A stretch of 64,000 nucleotides of DNA from a virus. Under the pieces are notes generated by a model. It was not told where the DNA came from. It did no database searches and saw nothing but the letters and a program-made list of their open reading frames with translations. Location of the stretch: IMG/VR virus record IMGVR_UViG_3300045988_121909. One strand, given 5' to 3'. Of this stretch, positions 26,773-36,107 are shown piece by piece (position 1 is the stretch's first letter; the number at the start of each line of letters is the position of its first letter). A program made the position numbers and the translations under genes.

Positions 26773-27510
26773 ATGGAACTTAAAGTATCAACTAAAGAAT
26801 TTGCTAATAAGCTGAATAAAAGCTCATCTTATGTTTATGATAATCTTAATAAACTAGTAGGTAGAGAACTACTTTTCGCTAAGAAAGATTTAAATAATAA
26901 GTATGTGCTTATTTTAAACCCATTTTTTGATTTAAAGACAATAAAATTCACTGCACTGCAAGACAGTAAAGAGCTGAAGCGTAAAATCGCTGATATTTAT
27001 GTACAAGCACAGTTAACTGCAAAAGAGATTATATCAGATTATAATTCTAATACAGCATTACATATTAAAAAAGAATGTGATTTATTTGCGAATGACAGAA
27101 CTATCTCAAACGTTGATGCAGCAATTAGTACATATGAAAATATTTATAATAACCTTACTGAAAGAGAAGAGTTTGTATTTTCAATAATCAACAAATTCTC
27201 TGCCGATACATTAAATAAAGCTTGTATTTCTGAACATAACGATTCTGTATATTTATACATTAATACGTCAACTAATAAGAATAAAGCAGAATTATTTAAT
27301 GCGCTTGCGGGTTTTGAGTATACAGTCAATAACGCAATGATATTTGAAAAAGACGAAGTAAGAATTAGAATATCAAATCACTTACCAACATATTTTATGA
27401 GTGAGTATAAAACAGAAGAAATTGAAATAAAATCTGATAAGAAGTACGCTAACGATATTCTTATATTCTTCAAAGATACGAAAAGAGATTTTAAGTTTAA
27501 GCTTGTATAA
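26773..27510 (+). CDS. hypothetical protein (245 aa)
   Basis: ORF with RBS (aaaggagat). Confidence 0.5.
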   Translation: MELKVSTKEFANKLNKSSSYVYDNLNKLVGRELLFAKKDLNNKYVLILNPFFDLKTIKFTALQDSKELKRKIADIYVQAQLTAKEIISDYNSNTALHIKKECDLFANDRTISNVDAAISTYENIYNNLTEREEFVFSIINKFSADTLNKACISEHNDSVYLYINTSTNKNKAELFNALAGFEYTVNNAMIFEKDEVRIRISNHLPTYFMSEYKTEEIEIKSDKKYANDILIFFKDTKRDFKFKLV

Positions 27511-27522
27511 GGAGAAAAAGAT

Positions 27523-27897
27523 ATGATGAACATTACGACTCTAGAGAGATTATGCAGAGAATATCCTGATGTAAGAGTAAAGTACGTTGACACGACTAAA
27601 CTAGATGAGAATTACTACAGAGGGTTTGGCAGTTGGAGAGGTGATTATCATCAGCCTGCTATTTTCTTTAAAGATTATATTAAAGACAAGTATATGACTC
27701 TTGCCGACTTGCTAGTAGTTATAGATAAGCTGACAGACGGCTCTAAGTATGAAGGTTACAAAGGTGGTTTATTCTCATTTGAAAACGCTGACTGGATTCA
27801 TTTTGAATACGATGAAAGTTGTTTTAGCGATTGCCCATTGTTTGAGTTCTTGCACCCTGATGACATTACGCAAGAGATTGAAGAAATGTGCAAGTAG
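27523..27897 (+). CDS. hypothetical protein (124 aa)
   Basis: ORF with RBS (aaggagaaa). Confidence 0.5.
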   Translation: MMNITTLERLCREYPDVRVKYVDTTKLDENYYRGFGSWRGDYHQPAIFFKDYIKDKYMTLADLLVVIDKLTDGSKYEGYKGGLFSFENADWIHFEYDESCFSDCPLFEFLHPDDITQEIEEMCK

Positions 27898-27901
27898 CAG
27901 C

Positions 27902-28588
27902 ATGAGTATTTATCTATACGGAGATTTACATAGAACAATTGATTTAGAGCCATTAGTAGAATTATCAAAAGAAAAAAGAGTTACAGATGAAGATGTTTTA
28001 ATCATTCTTGGCGATTTTGGCGGTATATGGTATAATGAAAAAGATGACAGTGAATTCCTTAATCGCTTGGCTGATTCTGTTTCTTATAAGCATATTCTAT
28101 TCATAGATGGCAATCACGAAAATTTTAATAGATTAAATAAACTACCTATCGCTGAGATGTATGGAAACCCTACTCACGAAGTGTTAAAAGATAAAATCTA
28201 TCATTTAATGAGAGGGTACAAGTACACTATTGAAAATAAGACATTCTTTGCAATGGGCGGTGCTGATTCTATTGATAAGCATCGAAGAATTGCTAATGTT
28301 GACTGGTGGTCTGAAGAATTACCTAGTAACGAAGAGTATGAAAGAGCGTTTAAGACTTTAGATGAGAATAACTTTACTTTTGATTATATTATTTCTCATT
28401 GTACGTCTTCTTATATATTAAATGATATTTCAGCTTATATGCACGATAAGAATAAACTAACAAACTTCTTTGACAGTATTCTTTGTGATTTAAGCTACAA
28501 AAGATGGTATTTTGCTCATTATCATTTGAATAGAATTAGCCCGATGTATAACGCAGAGTGCTTGTATTTGAGATTAGTCGAGATTTAA
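27902..28588 (+). CDS. lambda-phosphatase-type metallophosphoesterase
   Basis: Motifs YGDLHR, LGDFGG (GDxxDRG-like) and DGNHENF. Starts at the ATG at 27902 (MSIYLYGDLH). Confidence 0.65.
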   Translation: MSIYLYGDLHRTIDLEPLVELSKEKRVTDEDVLIILGDFGGIWYNEKDDSEFLNRLADSVSYKHILFIDGNHENFNRLNKLPIAEMYGNPTHEVLKDKIYHLMRGYKYTIENKTFFAMGGADSIDKHRRIANVDWWSEELPSNEEYERAFKTLDENNFTFDYIISHCTSSYILNDISAYMHDKNKLTNFFDSILCDLSYKRWYFAHYHLNRISPMYNAECLYLRLVEI

Positions 28589-28690
28589 CTTCTGACTGCT
28601 GTTTTTATCATAGGCGGTAATTATTATTAAAAGAGCATAAAAGTTTACGAGAGACGATTCTGATACGTCTGGAGTATATCTCAGAGCTAT
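28580..28690 (+). repeat. palindromic intergenic repeat element (MITE-like), inverted copy of 39694-39801
   Basis: Reverse complement of the 39694-39801 element; contains the 16-bp perfect palindrome centred on gagatatatctc. Confidence 0.6.
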
Positions 28691-28741
28691 ATTTTACTAT
28701 ATATGTAAAATAAAACATTTAACATAAAATTGTTTACAGTT

Positions 28742-28771
28742 CCACAGTTAGATGATATAATAAACTTAAGA
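28742..28771 (+). promoter_or_regulatory. promoter GTTTACA-N17-TATAAT
   Basis: gtttacagttccacagttagatgatataat. Confidence 0.55.
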
Positions 28772-28878
28772 TAAACTTATTAAAAGTATAGAAAACTAAA
28801 CTAACGATTTTTGCATTTTTCCTTGTTAGTCGAATTTTCTGCACCGCTAGTAAGTTTATCTTTTTTTTTCTGTCAAAA

Positions 28879-28902
28879 AGAAGTACAACTAAATAAAAAG
28901 AG
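28879..28902 (+). promoter_or_regulatory. conserved 24-bp motif AGAAGTACAACTAAATAAAAAGAG (copy 1 of 10) upstream of the recombinase gene
   Basis: Exact consensus copy, about 35 nt before the ATG at 28939. Confidence 0.5.
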
Positions 28903-28938
28903 AGCGCAAGAGTGCTCATTAACAGAAAGGAATTTTTA

Positions 28939-30084
28939 ATGGCAAGTATTTTATCTATTGCAAAAAAGCTAAACAAGATGTATGACGAAGAGATATGCAT
29001 CAGAGGTGACGTAATACCTAAGGTTAATTTTATGCCTACAGGTGCATTAGCTGCAGATTACTCTCTCGGTGGAGGTTTTCCAAAGGGACGTATAATTCAA
29101 ATCTCAGGTAGACCTCACGCAGGTAAGACGACTCTTACTTTTACTGCTATCGCAGCTTATCAGCGTGAGAACCCAGATTCAATGTGTGTATACATAGACG
29201 TAGAGCACGCGATTGATATTGATTTTCAGTGCGCTATGACTCACGTCGATAGAGAAAAGCTTATCTATGTAAGTCCTACAAGAATGGGCGCAGAGGCTAT
29301 CTTTGATATGGTTCTTGAAATGCAAGAGGCTGAAGACATCGGAATGATTGTTATTGATAGTGTAGCAGCGCTAGCGTCAACAAGACAGCTTAATGCTGAT
29401 ATAGAAAAAGATTTAGGTCAGGCAGGTAATATTGCTAAGTCTCTACATAACTTCTGTAGACAGGTACAAGATTTAGTGTATTACAAGAAAAACATTCTTG
29501 TACTTATTAATCAGACAAGAACTACACCTCTCCCTAATGGTGCTCTCTCATTCAGTGAACCTGGTGGTACAGCAATGGGCTTCTATCCTTCTTTGAGTAT
29601 TAGATGTGGTACAAGAAAGTTTATTAACAAGAGTGGTGCTGAGACAACTAATGGTGAAGACGCAATCGGTTTTAAGATTGTATTCAATATCTTTAAAAAT
29701 AAAGTAAGTAATATTTCAAGAGGTGGTGGTTATATTACTTATAAATACGACACAGGTATTGACACTTCTTCTGATGCTATTGATATTGCTATTAAAGCTG
29801 GTTATATTAATAGACCGACTAATGTAACATACCAGATTGTTGATTTAGAAACAGGAGAGATTCTTACTGTCGATGGTACTGAATGCAGTTTCAGAGGTAA
29901 GCCTGCGCTTGTAGAATTCTTTAATACACATCCTGAGTTTACACAGGAGTATGTAAAAAAGATAAACAACGCTCTTGCAGGTAATAAAGAAGTAAATCTT
30001 GAATTACTTGATAAAGACGTGCTTGATGAATTACGTGCTGAAGAGAATAGTGTAGAGAATAACAACGTTAAAGACAATGAGTGA
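28939..30084 (+). CDS. RecA/UvsX-family recombinase
   Basis: Walker A GRPHAGKTTL in RecA-like context (KGRIIQISG); Walker B IVIDSVAAL; length 381 aa. Confidence 0.8.
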   Translation: MASILSIAKKLNKMYDEEICIRGDVIPKVNFMPTGALAADYSLGGGFPKGRIIQISGRPHAGKTTLTFTAIAAYQRENPDSMCVYIDVEHAIDIDFQCAMTHVDREKLIYVSPTRMGAEAIFDMVLEMQEAEDIGMIVIDSVAALASTRQLNADIEKDLGQAGNIAKSLHNFCRQVQDLVYYKKNILVLINQTRTTPLPNGALSFSEPGGTAMGFYPSLSIRCGTRKFINKSGAETTNGEDAIGFKIVFNIFKNKVSNISRGGGYITYKYDTGIDTSSDAIDIAIKAGYINRPTNVTYQIVDLETGEILTVDGTECSFRGKPALVEFFNTHPEFTQEYVKKINNALAGNKEVNLELLDKDVLDELRAEENSVENNNVKDNE

Positions 30085-30092
30085 TTATAGTG

Positions 30093-30127
30093 CACTGTAG
30101 TATTTTTACTGCAGTGCATTTTTTTTT
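30093..30127 (+). terminator. rho-independent terminator followed directly by a GTTTACA promoter (30128-30159)
   Basis: Hairpin gtgcactgtagta-ttttt-actgcagtgcac followed by a T9 run. Confidence 0.65.
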
Positions 30128-30183
30128 GTTTACATTTATATAACCTTAGTGATATAATAAATTCATATCACGGAGGTATTATT

Positions 30184-30735
30184 ATGACAGCACTAAGACA
30201 AATATCTTTTCAGTCAAGAGCTAAAGACAACAAAGATGTAGAGAACTTTAAAATTAGAAAAAAGTTTAAGCTAGTGACAGATGAAGAGTTTGAAGATATT
30301 GAAAAACTAAAGAAAGAATTTGATGAATTCGTACAACAAGGCGTTAAAGGTGAGACTTGTAGATTCTATGCAGCATTCAACACTATCGATGAAGAAGTTT
30401 TAAAGAAAGCTCTAGTAGTTAAGCTACTAACAGACGAAAACGTGAAACTTAAGAATATCAATAACACACTTATTTCTCTTAGTATGACAAGTAAGCTACT
30501 AACTAAAAAATGGTTGTTTGATTTTGACTCTACTGATGAAAGTCTGCTTGTAGAATTCTTTAAAGACTTATACAAGATTTTTAAACCTATAGAAATTGAA
30601 GTATGCAAAACTCCAAACGGTTATCATATTGTAACAGCGCACGGATGTGATACACGTGAACTACTAAAAGATAGACCGCATATCGAAAACAAGCGTACAG
30701 ACGGAATGAGACTTGTAGATTACAGAAAGAAGTAA
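30184..30735 (+). CDS. hypothetical protein (183 aa)
   Basis: ORF with RBS (acggaggt). Confidence 0.5.
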   Translation: MTALRQISFQSRAKDNKDVENFKIRKKFKLVTDEEFEDIEKLKKEFDEFVQQGVKGETCRFYAAFNTIDEEVLKKALVVKLLTDENVKLKNINNTLISLSMTSKLLTKKWLFDFDSTDESLLVEFFKDLYKIFKPIEIEVCKTPNGYHIVTAHGCDTRELLKDRPHIENKRTDGMRLVDYRKK

Positions 30736-30737
30736 AG

Positions 30738-31790
30738 ATGCTTAAAGAATTAGAGATTTTTAAGAAAGAACTACAACCTTATACTGATAGAGCATATTTC
30801 GTAGGCGGTTGCGTAAGAGACGAATTCTTAAGCAGAGCTTGTAAAGACATTGATATTGAAGTATTTGATGTTGAGCAAGAAACTCTTGAAAAGATTTTGA
30901 ATATCTGCGCAGAAAAGCTAGGTTTCAAAGAAGTAGAGCTAGTAGGTAAGCAGTATGGCATCTACAAACTTGGTGAGCTTGATATTTCTATTCCTAGAAT
31001 TGAAACTAAGACTGGTGATAAGCATACTGATTTTGAGTGTACTCTTTGCCCTACTCTTCCTGTAGTAGACGCTCAGAGAAGAAGAGACTTTACTGTAAAT
31101 GCTATTTATAAAAACATCTTTGACGGTAGCATCGTTGATAGTTTTAATGGAATCTCTGATATGAGTAAAAGAGTTATAAAACATATTGATGATAAGACTT
31201 TCATTGAAGACGCATTGAGAGTTTTTAGAGCAGCAAGATTTTCATCAGTGCTAGATTTTGAAATAAGCGAAGAAACAAAGGCACTATGTAAAAAGATTAA
31301 TCTATCAGCTCTGCCTACAGAGAGAATAGTTCAGGAAACTAGCGCAGCTTTGATTAAGTCAGATACTCCAAGCGTATATTTTAAAACGCTACAAGAAATT
31401 ATCTCTGATTTTGACACTATCTTTGGTGATATTGATTTTTCTGAAATAGACAGTGTAGTAAAAGACATAAACATTATGTACGCATTTTTGTACAAAGACG
31501 CTGACGTGATTCCCGATATGATTAAGTCTACTAAGCAGAGAAAACTGATTGAGCTATCAAGAATTACAGACGAAGTACAGCTTTTCAAAGTATTTCTAAA
31601 AGACAGAGAAGTTACAAAGCAGTACACAATTCTTAGAGGCATAGATTATACAGAAAAATTTAGCAAAATAAAAGCGCCTACAGGCTCAGAGATTATGAAA
31701 AAGTATAGTATTGATAAGCCATCAGCAGAAGTTGGCATACTGCTTGAAAAAGAATACAAAGAACTATTGAAGGAGAAAGAAAGTGAATAA
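30738..31790 (+). CDS. tRNA nucleotidyltransferase (CCA-adding enzyme) head/neck domains
   Basis: Pol-beta-like motif YFVGGCVRDEFL...DIDIEV (GGxVRD and DxD), typical of class II CCA/poly(A) polymerases. Confidence 0.7.
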   Translation: MLKELEIFKKELQPYTDRAYFVGGCVRDEFLSRACKDIDIEVFDVEQETLEKILNICAEKLGFKEVELVGKQYGIYKLGELDISIPRIETKTGDKHTDFECTLCPTLPVVDAQRRRDFTVNAIYKNIFDGSIVDSFNGISDMSKRVIKHIDDKTFIEDALRVFRAARFSSVLDFEISEETKALCKKINLSALPTERIVQETSAALIKSDTPSVYFKTLQEIISDFDTIFGDIDFSEIDSVVKDINIMYAFLYKDADVIPDMIKSTKQRKLIELSRITDEVQLFKVFLKDREVTKQYTILRGIDYTEKFSKIKAPTGSEIMKKYSIDKPSAEVGILLEKEYKELLKEKESE

Positions 31791-32313
31791 CTTTACAGAA
31801 CTAATACACAAGCTAGAAGATTTAAAGCTATACCGTCAGAGTAGAGTAAACCGCTGGCAGTTGAGAGATTATATGTTTACTCAGAATGACGCAGAGCATC
31901 AGTTGTTTGTAAGTCAGATTGTAGTTTATCTTGCTGATTTACTTTGCATTCCTGATGAAATTACTTTTGCAGCATTGAAATATGCTTGTGTACACGATTA
32001 TGTAGAAAGCGTAGAAACTAGCTTAGGCGATGTTAATTATATGATTAAAGAAAAGAACCCTGAGCTAAAGGCTCTTGTAAAGAAATTAGAACGAGACGCT
32101 ATGCAAACAGTGCCTGCTTTTTATGGGGCTATGGAGAATTGCGAAAAGGTTGAAGACGCAATGACTCTTGTAAAACTAGCTGACGCACTTGATGCGCTAC
32201 TCTATACTCGTAGAGAAATACGCCATAATAAAAATGACGATGAGTGGAATCAGATTGAAAGAGAAGCGTCAGAGCGTGCAGAAGAGCTGCTGAGAAAACT
32301 ATGCGAGGAGTAA
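31783..32313 (+). CDS. HD-domain phosphohydrolase
   Basis: H...HD...D pattern (AEHQL, CVHDYVE, DALDAL). Overlaps the stop of the CCA-enzyme gene. Confidence 0.55.
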   Translation: MNNFTELIHKLEDLKLYRQSRVNRWQLRDYMFTQNDAEHQLFVSQIVVYLADLLCIPDEITFAALKYACVHDYVESVETSLGDVNYMIKEKNPELKALVKKLERDAMQTVPAFYGAMENCEKVEDAMTLVKLADALDALLYTRREIRHNKNDDEWNQIEREASERAEELLRKLCEE

Positions 32314-32315
32314 TT

Positions 32316-32699
32316 ATGCATTTCACAATAGATGGTAGATTGCCTAATCTCAATGAATATACGCGTGCTAACAGACATAATCGTTTTGCTGGCGGTAGTA
32401 TGAAAAAGAATACAGAGCAGCAGATACTAGAGTGTATACATAAAGCTGTTGAAGAGGGTACACTAGCAAGAATAGATAACTACCCCGTGCATATCAATTA
32501 TAAGTGGTATGAGCCTAACAACAGAAGAGACGCTGATAATGTATCTTTTGCTAAGAAATTTATTCAAGACGCGCTTGTTACTGCAGGCATCTTAGAAGAT
32601 GACAGCCGTAAGTTCGTAAAGAGTTTTTCAGACATAGTAGAAACTGACAAAGAAAACCCAAGAGTTGAAGTTGAGCTTATTTCAATAGAGGGTGAGTAA
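32316..32699 (+). CDS. rusA: RusA-like Holliday junction resolvase
   Basis: GRLPNLNEY...DADN...QDALVTAGILEDD pattern matches the RusA family; ~128 aa. Confidence 0.55.
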   Translation: MHFTIDGRLPNLNEYTRANRHNRFAGGSMKKNTEQQILECIHKAVEEGTLARIDNYPVHINYKWYEPNNRRDADNVSFAKKFIQDALVTAGILEDDSRKFVKSFSDIVETDKENPRVEVELISIEGE

Positions 32700-33068
32700 A
32701 TGGCAGTAGGAGCAAGAGTAAAGAAAAAAGATGAAGTACAACCTACACGCTATTATAGTAAAAAGCAAGAAGACGCAGTAGCAAAAAATCTGAACGGTAA
32801 GCGTACACCTAACTCTGGTGCTACTCCTTTTGTAAAAGGCGATGTTTTACTTGATGATTGGTTGCTCGAGTGTAAGACTTGCACTAAGAAACAAAATTCG
32901 TTTAGTATCAAGAAAGACTGGATATTAAAGAATAGAGAAGAGCAGATGTTTATGAATAAAGACAATTCTGCTGTAGTATTTAATTTTGGTCCAGATGAAG
33001 AAAATTTTTACATAATAGACGAAAGAACATTTAAGATGTTAATACAGAGTTGTATTACAGAAGATTAA
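32700..33068 (+). CDS. putative PD-(D/E)XK nuclease (122 aa)
   Basis: KGDVLLDDWLLECK (D...E.K) motif; the start ATG overlaps the upstream stop. Confidence 0.35.
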   Translation: MAVGARVKKKDEVQPTRYYSKKQEDAVAKNLNGKRTPNSGATPFVKGDVLLDDWLLECKTCTKKQNSFSIKKDWILKNREEQMFMNKDNSAVVFNFGPDEENFYIIDERTFKMLIQSCITED

Positions 33069-33095
33069 TGTGCCGTATAAGGTACATTTTTTTTT

Positions 33096-33125
33096 GTTTA
33101 CATCTCTTCGTATGTTTGTTATAAT
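33096..33125 (+). promoter_or_regulatory. promoter GTTTACA-N17-TATAAT
   Basis: gtttacatctcttcgtatgtttgttataat, after a T9 run. Confidence 0.55.
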
Positions 33126-33153
33126 AGTCATATAAATAAAAGAGGAGATTATT

Positions 33154-33492
33154 ATGACAAATAAAGAAATCGTAGATTTGTTGAAAAATAATAAAGTAAA
33201 AATAACAAAGTATATCCCATTTCCATATAGAGTTTATTTTACAATCAATAATGAAAGATATATGCTTGGTAGTGGCTTTGGCGATTTATATGAAGAGTAT
33301 AGCATGTTCGCTAAAGTTGACGGCGAAAAGCGCAAGATAATTGAAGTACTTGCGTATTGTGATGGTTGTATTGAAGTTACACCGCGTCTTTATGATGGCA
33401 AGCCTTTTAAATGGAATAAAGGTTACACTTATTCAAAAATCAATATTGATGATTTTGTTACACGTTTAATCTACGAATACGATTTGATGTAA
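33154..33492 (+). CDS. hypothetical protein (112 aa)
   Basis: ORF with RBS (agaggagat). Confidence 0.5.
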   Translation: MTNKEIVDLLKNNKVKITKYIPFPYRVYFTINNERYMLGSGFGDLYEEYSMFAKVDGEKRKIIEVLAYCDGCIEVTPRLYDGKPFKWNKGYTYSKINIDDFVTRLIYEYDLM

Positions 33493-33510
33493 TAACAAGG
33501 AGTAAAAACT

Positions 33511-33708
33511 ATGAAAACACTTGTAGTATGCGTAAATCGCTTGCCTGAATATAGAACAATCAGAATTACAGATGAAGAAGACATTCGCAAATACTATATG
33601 CACATACAGAGCGAGTCTTACGAAAAGCTGTTTATATTTAAGTATGATAATGGTACATACGGCACAATCAATCCAAGATATGTTGTATACTCTTACGAAG
33701 AAGAATAA
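33511..33708 (+). CDS. hypothetical protein (65 aa)
   Basis: ORF with RBS (aaggagtaa); weak similarity to the ORF at 41523. Confidence 0.45.
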   Translation: MKTLVVCVNRLPEYRTIRITDEEDIRKYYMHIQSESYEKLFIFKYDNGTYGTINPRYVVYSYEEE

Positions 33709-33760
33709 TTAATTTATTTACCTTTGCATATTGCAAGGGTATTTTTAAAGGAGTAATTAC

Positions 33761-34072
33761 ATGATAGTTAAAGAAATGGCTAATAACTCTAAAAATGACG
33801 CTGTACGTGATATGCTTACGTACGTACTTGAAAATATTGAAGGTAACAATGATAATCTCGATGAAATGCTTCGTAGTGTTTTTCTTTGTAGAGATTTTCA
33901 TTTTACTGATATAGAAGTAAATAAGCCTCTACCTTATATGTTACAGCGCAAGTATGACAATCAGTCATTCAGAGAAATGTTTTTCGATGTTGAAGACTTT
34001 ATCGCTTTTATTGATGTTAAAGTTGAAGATGGTATAGTTGCGTCTATAACTTTTGCATCACCTAACTTATAG
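33761..34072 (+). CDS. hypothetical protein (103 aa)
   Basis: ORF with RBS (aaaggagta). Confidence 0.5.
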   Translation: MIVKEMANNSKNDAVRDMLTYVLENIEGNNDNLDEMLRSVFLCRDFHFTDIEVNKPLPYMLQRKYDNQSFREMFFDVEDFIAFIDVKVEDGIVASITFASPNL

Positions 34073-34082
34073 CATTTTTTTT

Positions 34083-34112
34083 GTTTACATATTACATAGC
34101 GTAGTATATAAT
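34083..34112 (+). promoter_or_regulatory. promoter GTTTACA-N17-TATAAT
   Basis: gtttacatattacatagcgtagtatataat. Confidence 0.55.
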
Positions 34113-34132
34113 AAAAGAAAAAGAGGTTATTT

Positions 34133-34534
34133 ATGCAGAATTACACAGACGAAGTAAGAGAAATTAGAGAGCAAGCAATACAAGAATTTAATGATAGCTA
34201 CAGAAAAATTCTTGACGTTTTTGACGCTAACGCTCAATCAGATGCTGTTAAAAAGTTCTTAAAGGCAGTTAGAGAGTTTTTCGAAAATGATATAAGGAAA
34301 AATGCAAAGTACGAACTCATTGATGAAATAATGTATATGCAGCTTGTTGACGTGAAAGTAGGCGATACATTCACAAATGCATATTGCTATAGAAATTGTG
34401 GTAAAGACCCAGACAAATTCGTAAAGTATAGTTTTTACTATAAGGGTCATCACGGCATAGATTTGCATATTGTCGACAATGTTGTTAAAGCAATATTTTA
34501 TGATTATTACCCTGAACAAGAATTATTTTATTAA
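34133..34534 (+). CDS. hypothetical protein, paralog of 35036-35437
   Basis: Shares KFLKAVR..Y.....ID.I......GD.FT..Y.YR architecture with the 35036 ORF. Confidence 0.5.
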   Translation: MQNYTDEVREIREQAIQEFNDSYRKILDVFDANAQSDAVKKFLKAVREFFENDIRKNAKYELIDEIMYMQLVDVKVGDTFTNAYCYRNCGKDPDKFVKYSFYYKGHHGIDLHIVDNVVKAIFYDYYPEQELFY

Positions 34535-34549
34535 GCATAGGAGATAATT

Positions 34550-35026
34550 ATGAATAGTGAAATACTTAAAATCATCGAAGATAAAGATAATAAACTAGCA
34601 GAAAAACGCGCAGAAATCGATTCATTGAATGACAAAAAAGATTCATTACTTAAAAGTATGCGTGAATGTGACAGAAAAATAAATTCAATAAACGAAGAGA
34701 TTGACGACTGCGCTGTAGAATGCATTAACGCATTATCAGAGTGCGTAGCAAATAGAGCACAAAATGACGTAGTTGGACGTTTTGCTCGTTCATTGAAGCT
34801 AAATAAGATTGTTGAGGGTGACTATGCTTATATTACGTATTATGCCGCTCTTACAGAAAATGATTTAATTAATCTTAACATCGGCAATGAAATAGTAAAT
34901 CTACATGAGTTTTTACTAGATTTTTCTGGTAGTAAAAGAGAGTTTTCGTTTGCGTCTGATACTTGTAGTTTAATAGTTACTACTGAAAACAATATTGTTA
35001 CTGATATTGAGCTTAATTATTTCTAA
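34550..35026 (+). CDS. hypothetical protein (158 aa)
   Basis: ORF with RBS (ataggagat). Confidence 0.5.
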   Translation: MNSEILKIIEDKDNKLAEKRAEIDSLNDKKDSLLKSMRECDRKINSINEEIDDCAVECINALSECVANRAQNDVVGRFARSLKLNKIVEGDYAYITYYAALTENDLINLNIGNEIVNLHEFLLDFSGSKREFSFASDTCSLIVTTENNIVTDIELNYF

Positions 35027-35035
35027 GGAGTTTTT

Positions 35036-35437
35036 ATGGTAGAGTATAAAGAAAGAATTGAGAAACTTAAAGAGTATGCGTACAGAATTCCAGATGAATG
35101 TTATAATATAATTATTGATACTCTTGAATTAAACGCTAAATCGACTGAAGTGCAGAAGTTTTTAAAGGCTGTAAGATATGCATATAATGAGTCAATAACT
35201 ACTGACTATCAGTTTGAATTCATTGACACGATAATTGATACCAACATGACTGGGCTTAAAGAAGGTGACTTATTCACAGGCTCATATTTCTATAGAATGT
35301 ATAGACACGATGACGACGAGTGTATAACTTATGAATATTCATTTAATTTTGATGATGACATGCACGCACTTATAGTAAAAACAGACGAGAATAATGTAAT
35401 CTTCAGTATTCACTATGATAATTATAAATGGCATTAA
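35036..35437 (+). CDS. hypothetical protein, paralog of 34133-34534
   Basis: Same 133-aa length and shared motifs. Confidence 0.5.
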   Translation: MVEYKERIEKLKEYAYRIPDECYNIIIDTLELNAKSTEVQKFLKAVRYAYNESITTDYQFEFIDTIIDTNMTGLKEGDLFTGSYFYRMYRHDDDECITYEYSFNFDDDMHALIVKTDENNVIFSIHYDNYKWH

Positions 35438-35588
35438 GTAGAAAGTAGGAGATTCTATTGGATATTAAAAAGAAATTAGAAGAGGTAGAATGCGTGAATA
35501 ATTTACTAGTAGCTGAAATGCAAGTTATTCAAGACAGCATAGATTTTCAATCTAAAAAGCTTAAGGAGCTTGGAAAAAGCATTATGAA

Positions 35589-35903
35589 ATGAATGAACGC
35601 TGCTGTGATGAAGTCTTTGATGAATTGCTAAAAACTACGAAAGACGCAACAATAAAAGAGCATATTAAAGTATTAAAGTATATGAGTAATACTGCGCATC
35701 TTAGAAAGAAATGCTTGAATACTGCTATTGACTCAAATATCGCTAATATTGAAGTAGGTAGTATAGTGACAGATATCCCTTATTTCGATAAGTATGATAT
35801 TGGAAATGGTGTGAAAGTTTATATTAACAAAAAGTTGTTTAGCTTATTAAGCATATACACATTAAACGATGTTGTCGTAGAAATAACACTGCAACACTTA
35901 TAG
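35589..35903 (+). CDS. hypothetical protein (104 aa)
   Basis: ORF on the coding strand. Confidence 0.45.
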   Translation: MNERCCDEVFDELLKTTKDATIKEHIKVLKYMSNTAHLRKKCLNTAIDSNIANIEVGSIVTDIPYFDKYDIGNGVKVYINKKLFSLLSIYTLNDVVVEITLQHL

Positions 35904-36107
35904 TCAAAGGATGTAATTAGTGACGCTATCAATTTGGATGTATAACTCTGACGAAGTTATCAATGTCGGCAACAAAGAAGATATTAAATATTTTTATCAG
36001 TGTGTACAAGCAGAGAGCAAATTCGCAGTACTAAGTGACGTTGTCATAAATCTAAGATACGTTGAACGTGTATACATTGAAGAAGATGAAGAATAAAGGA
36101 GAATAAT

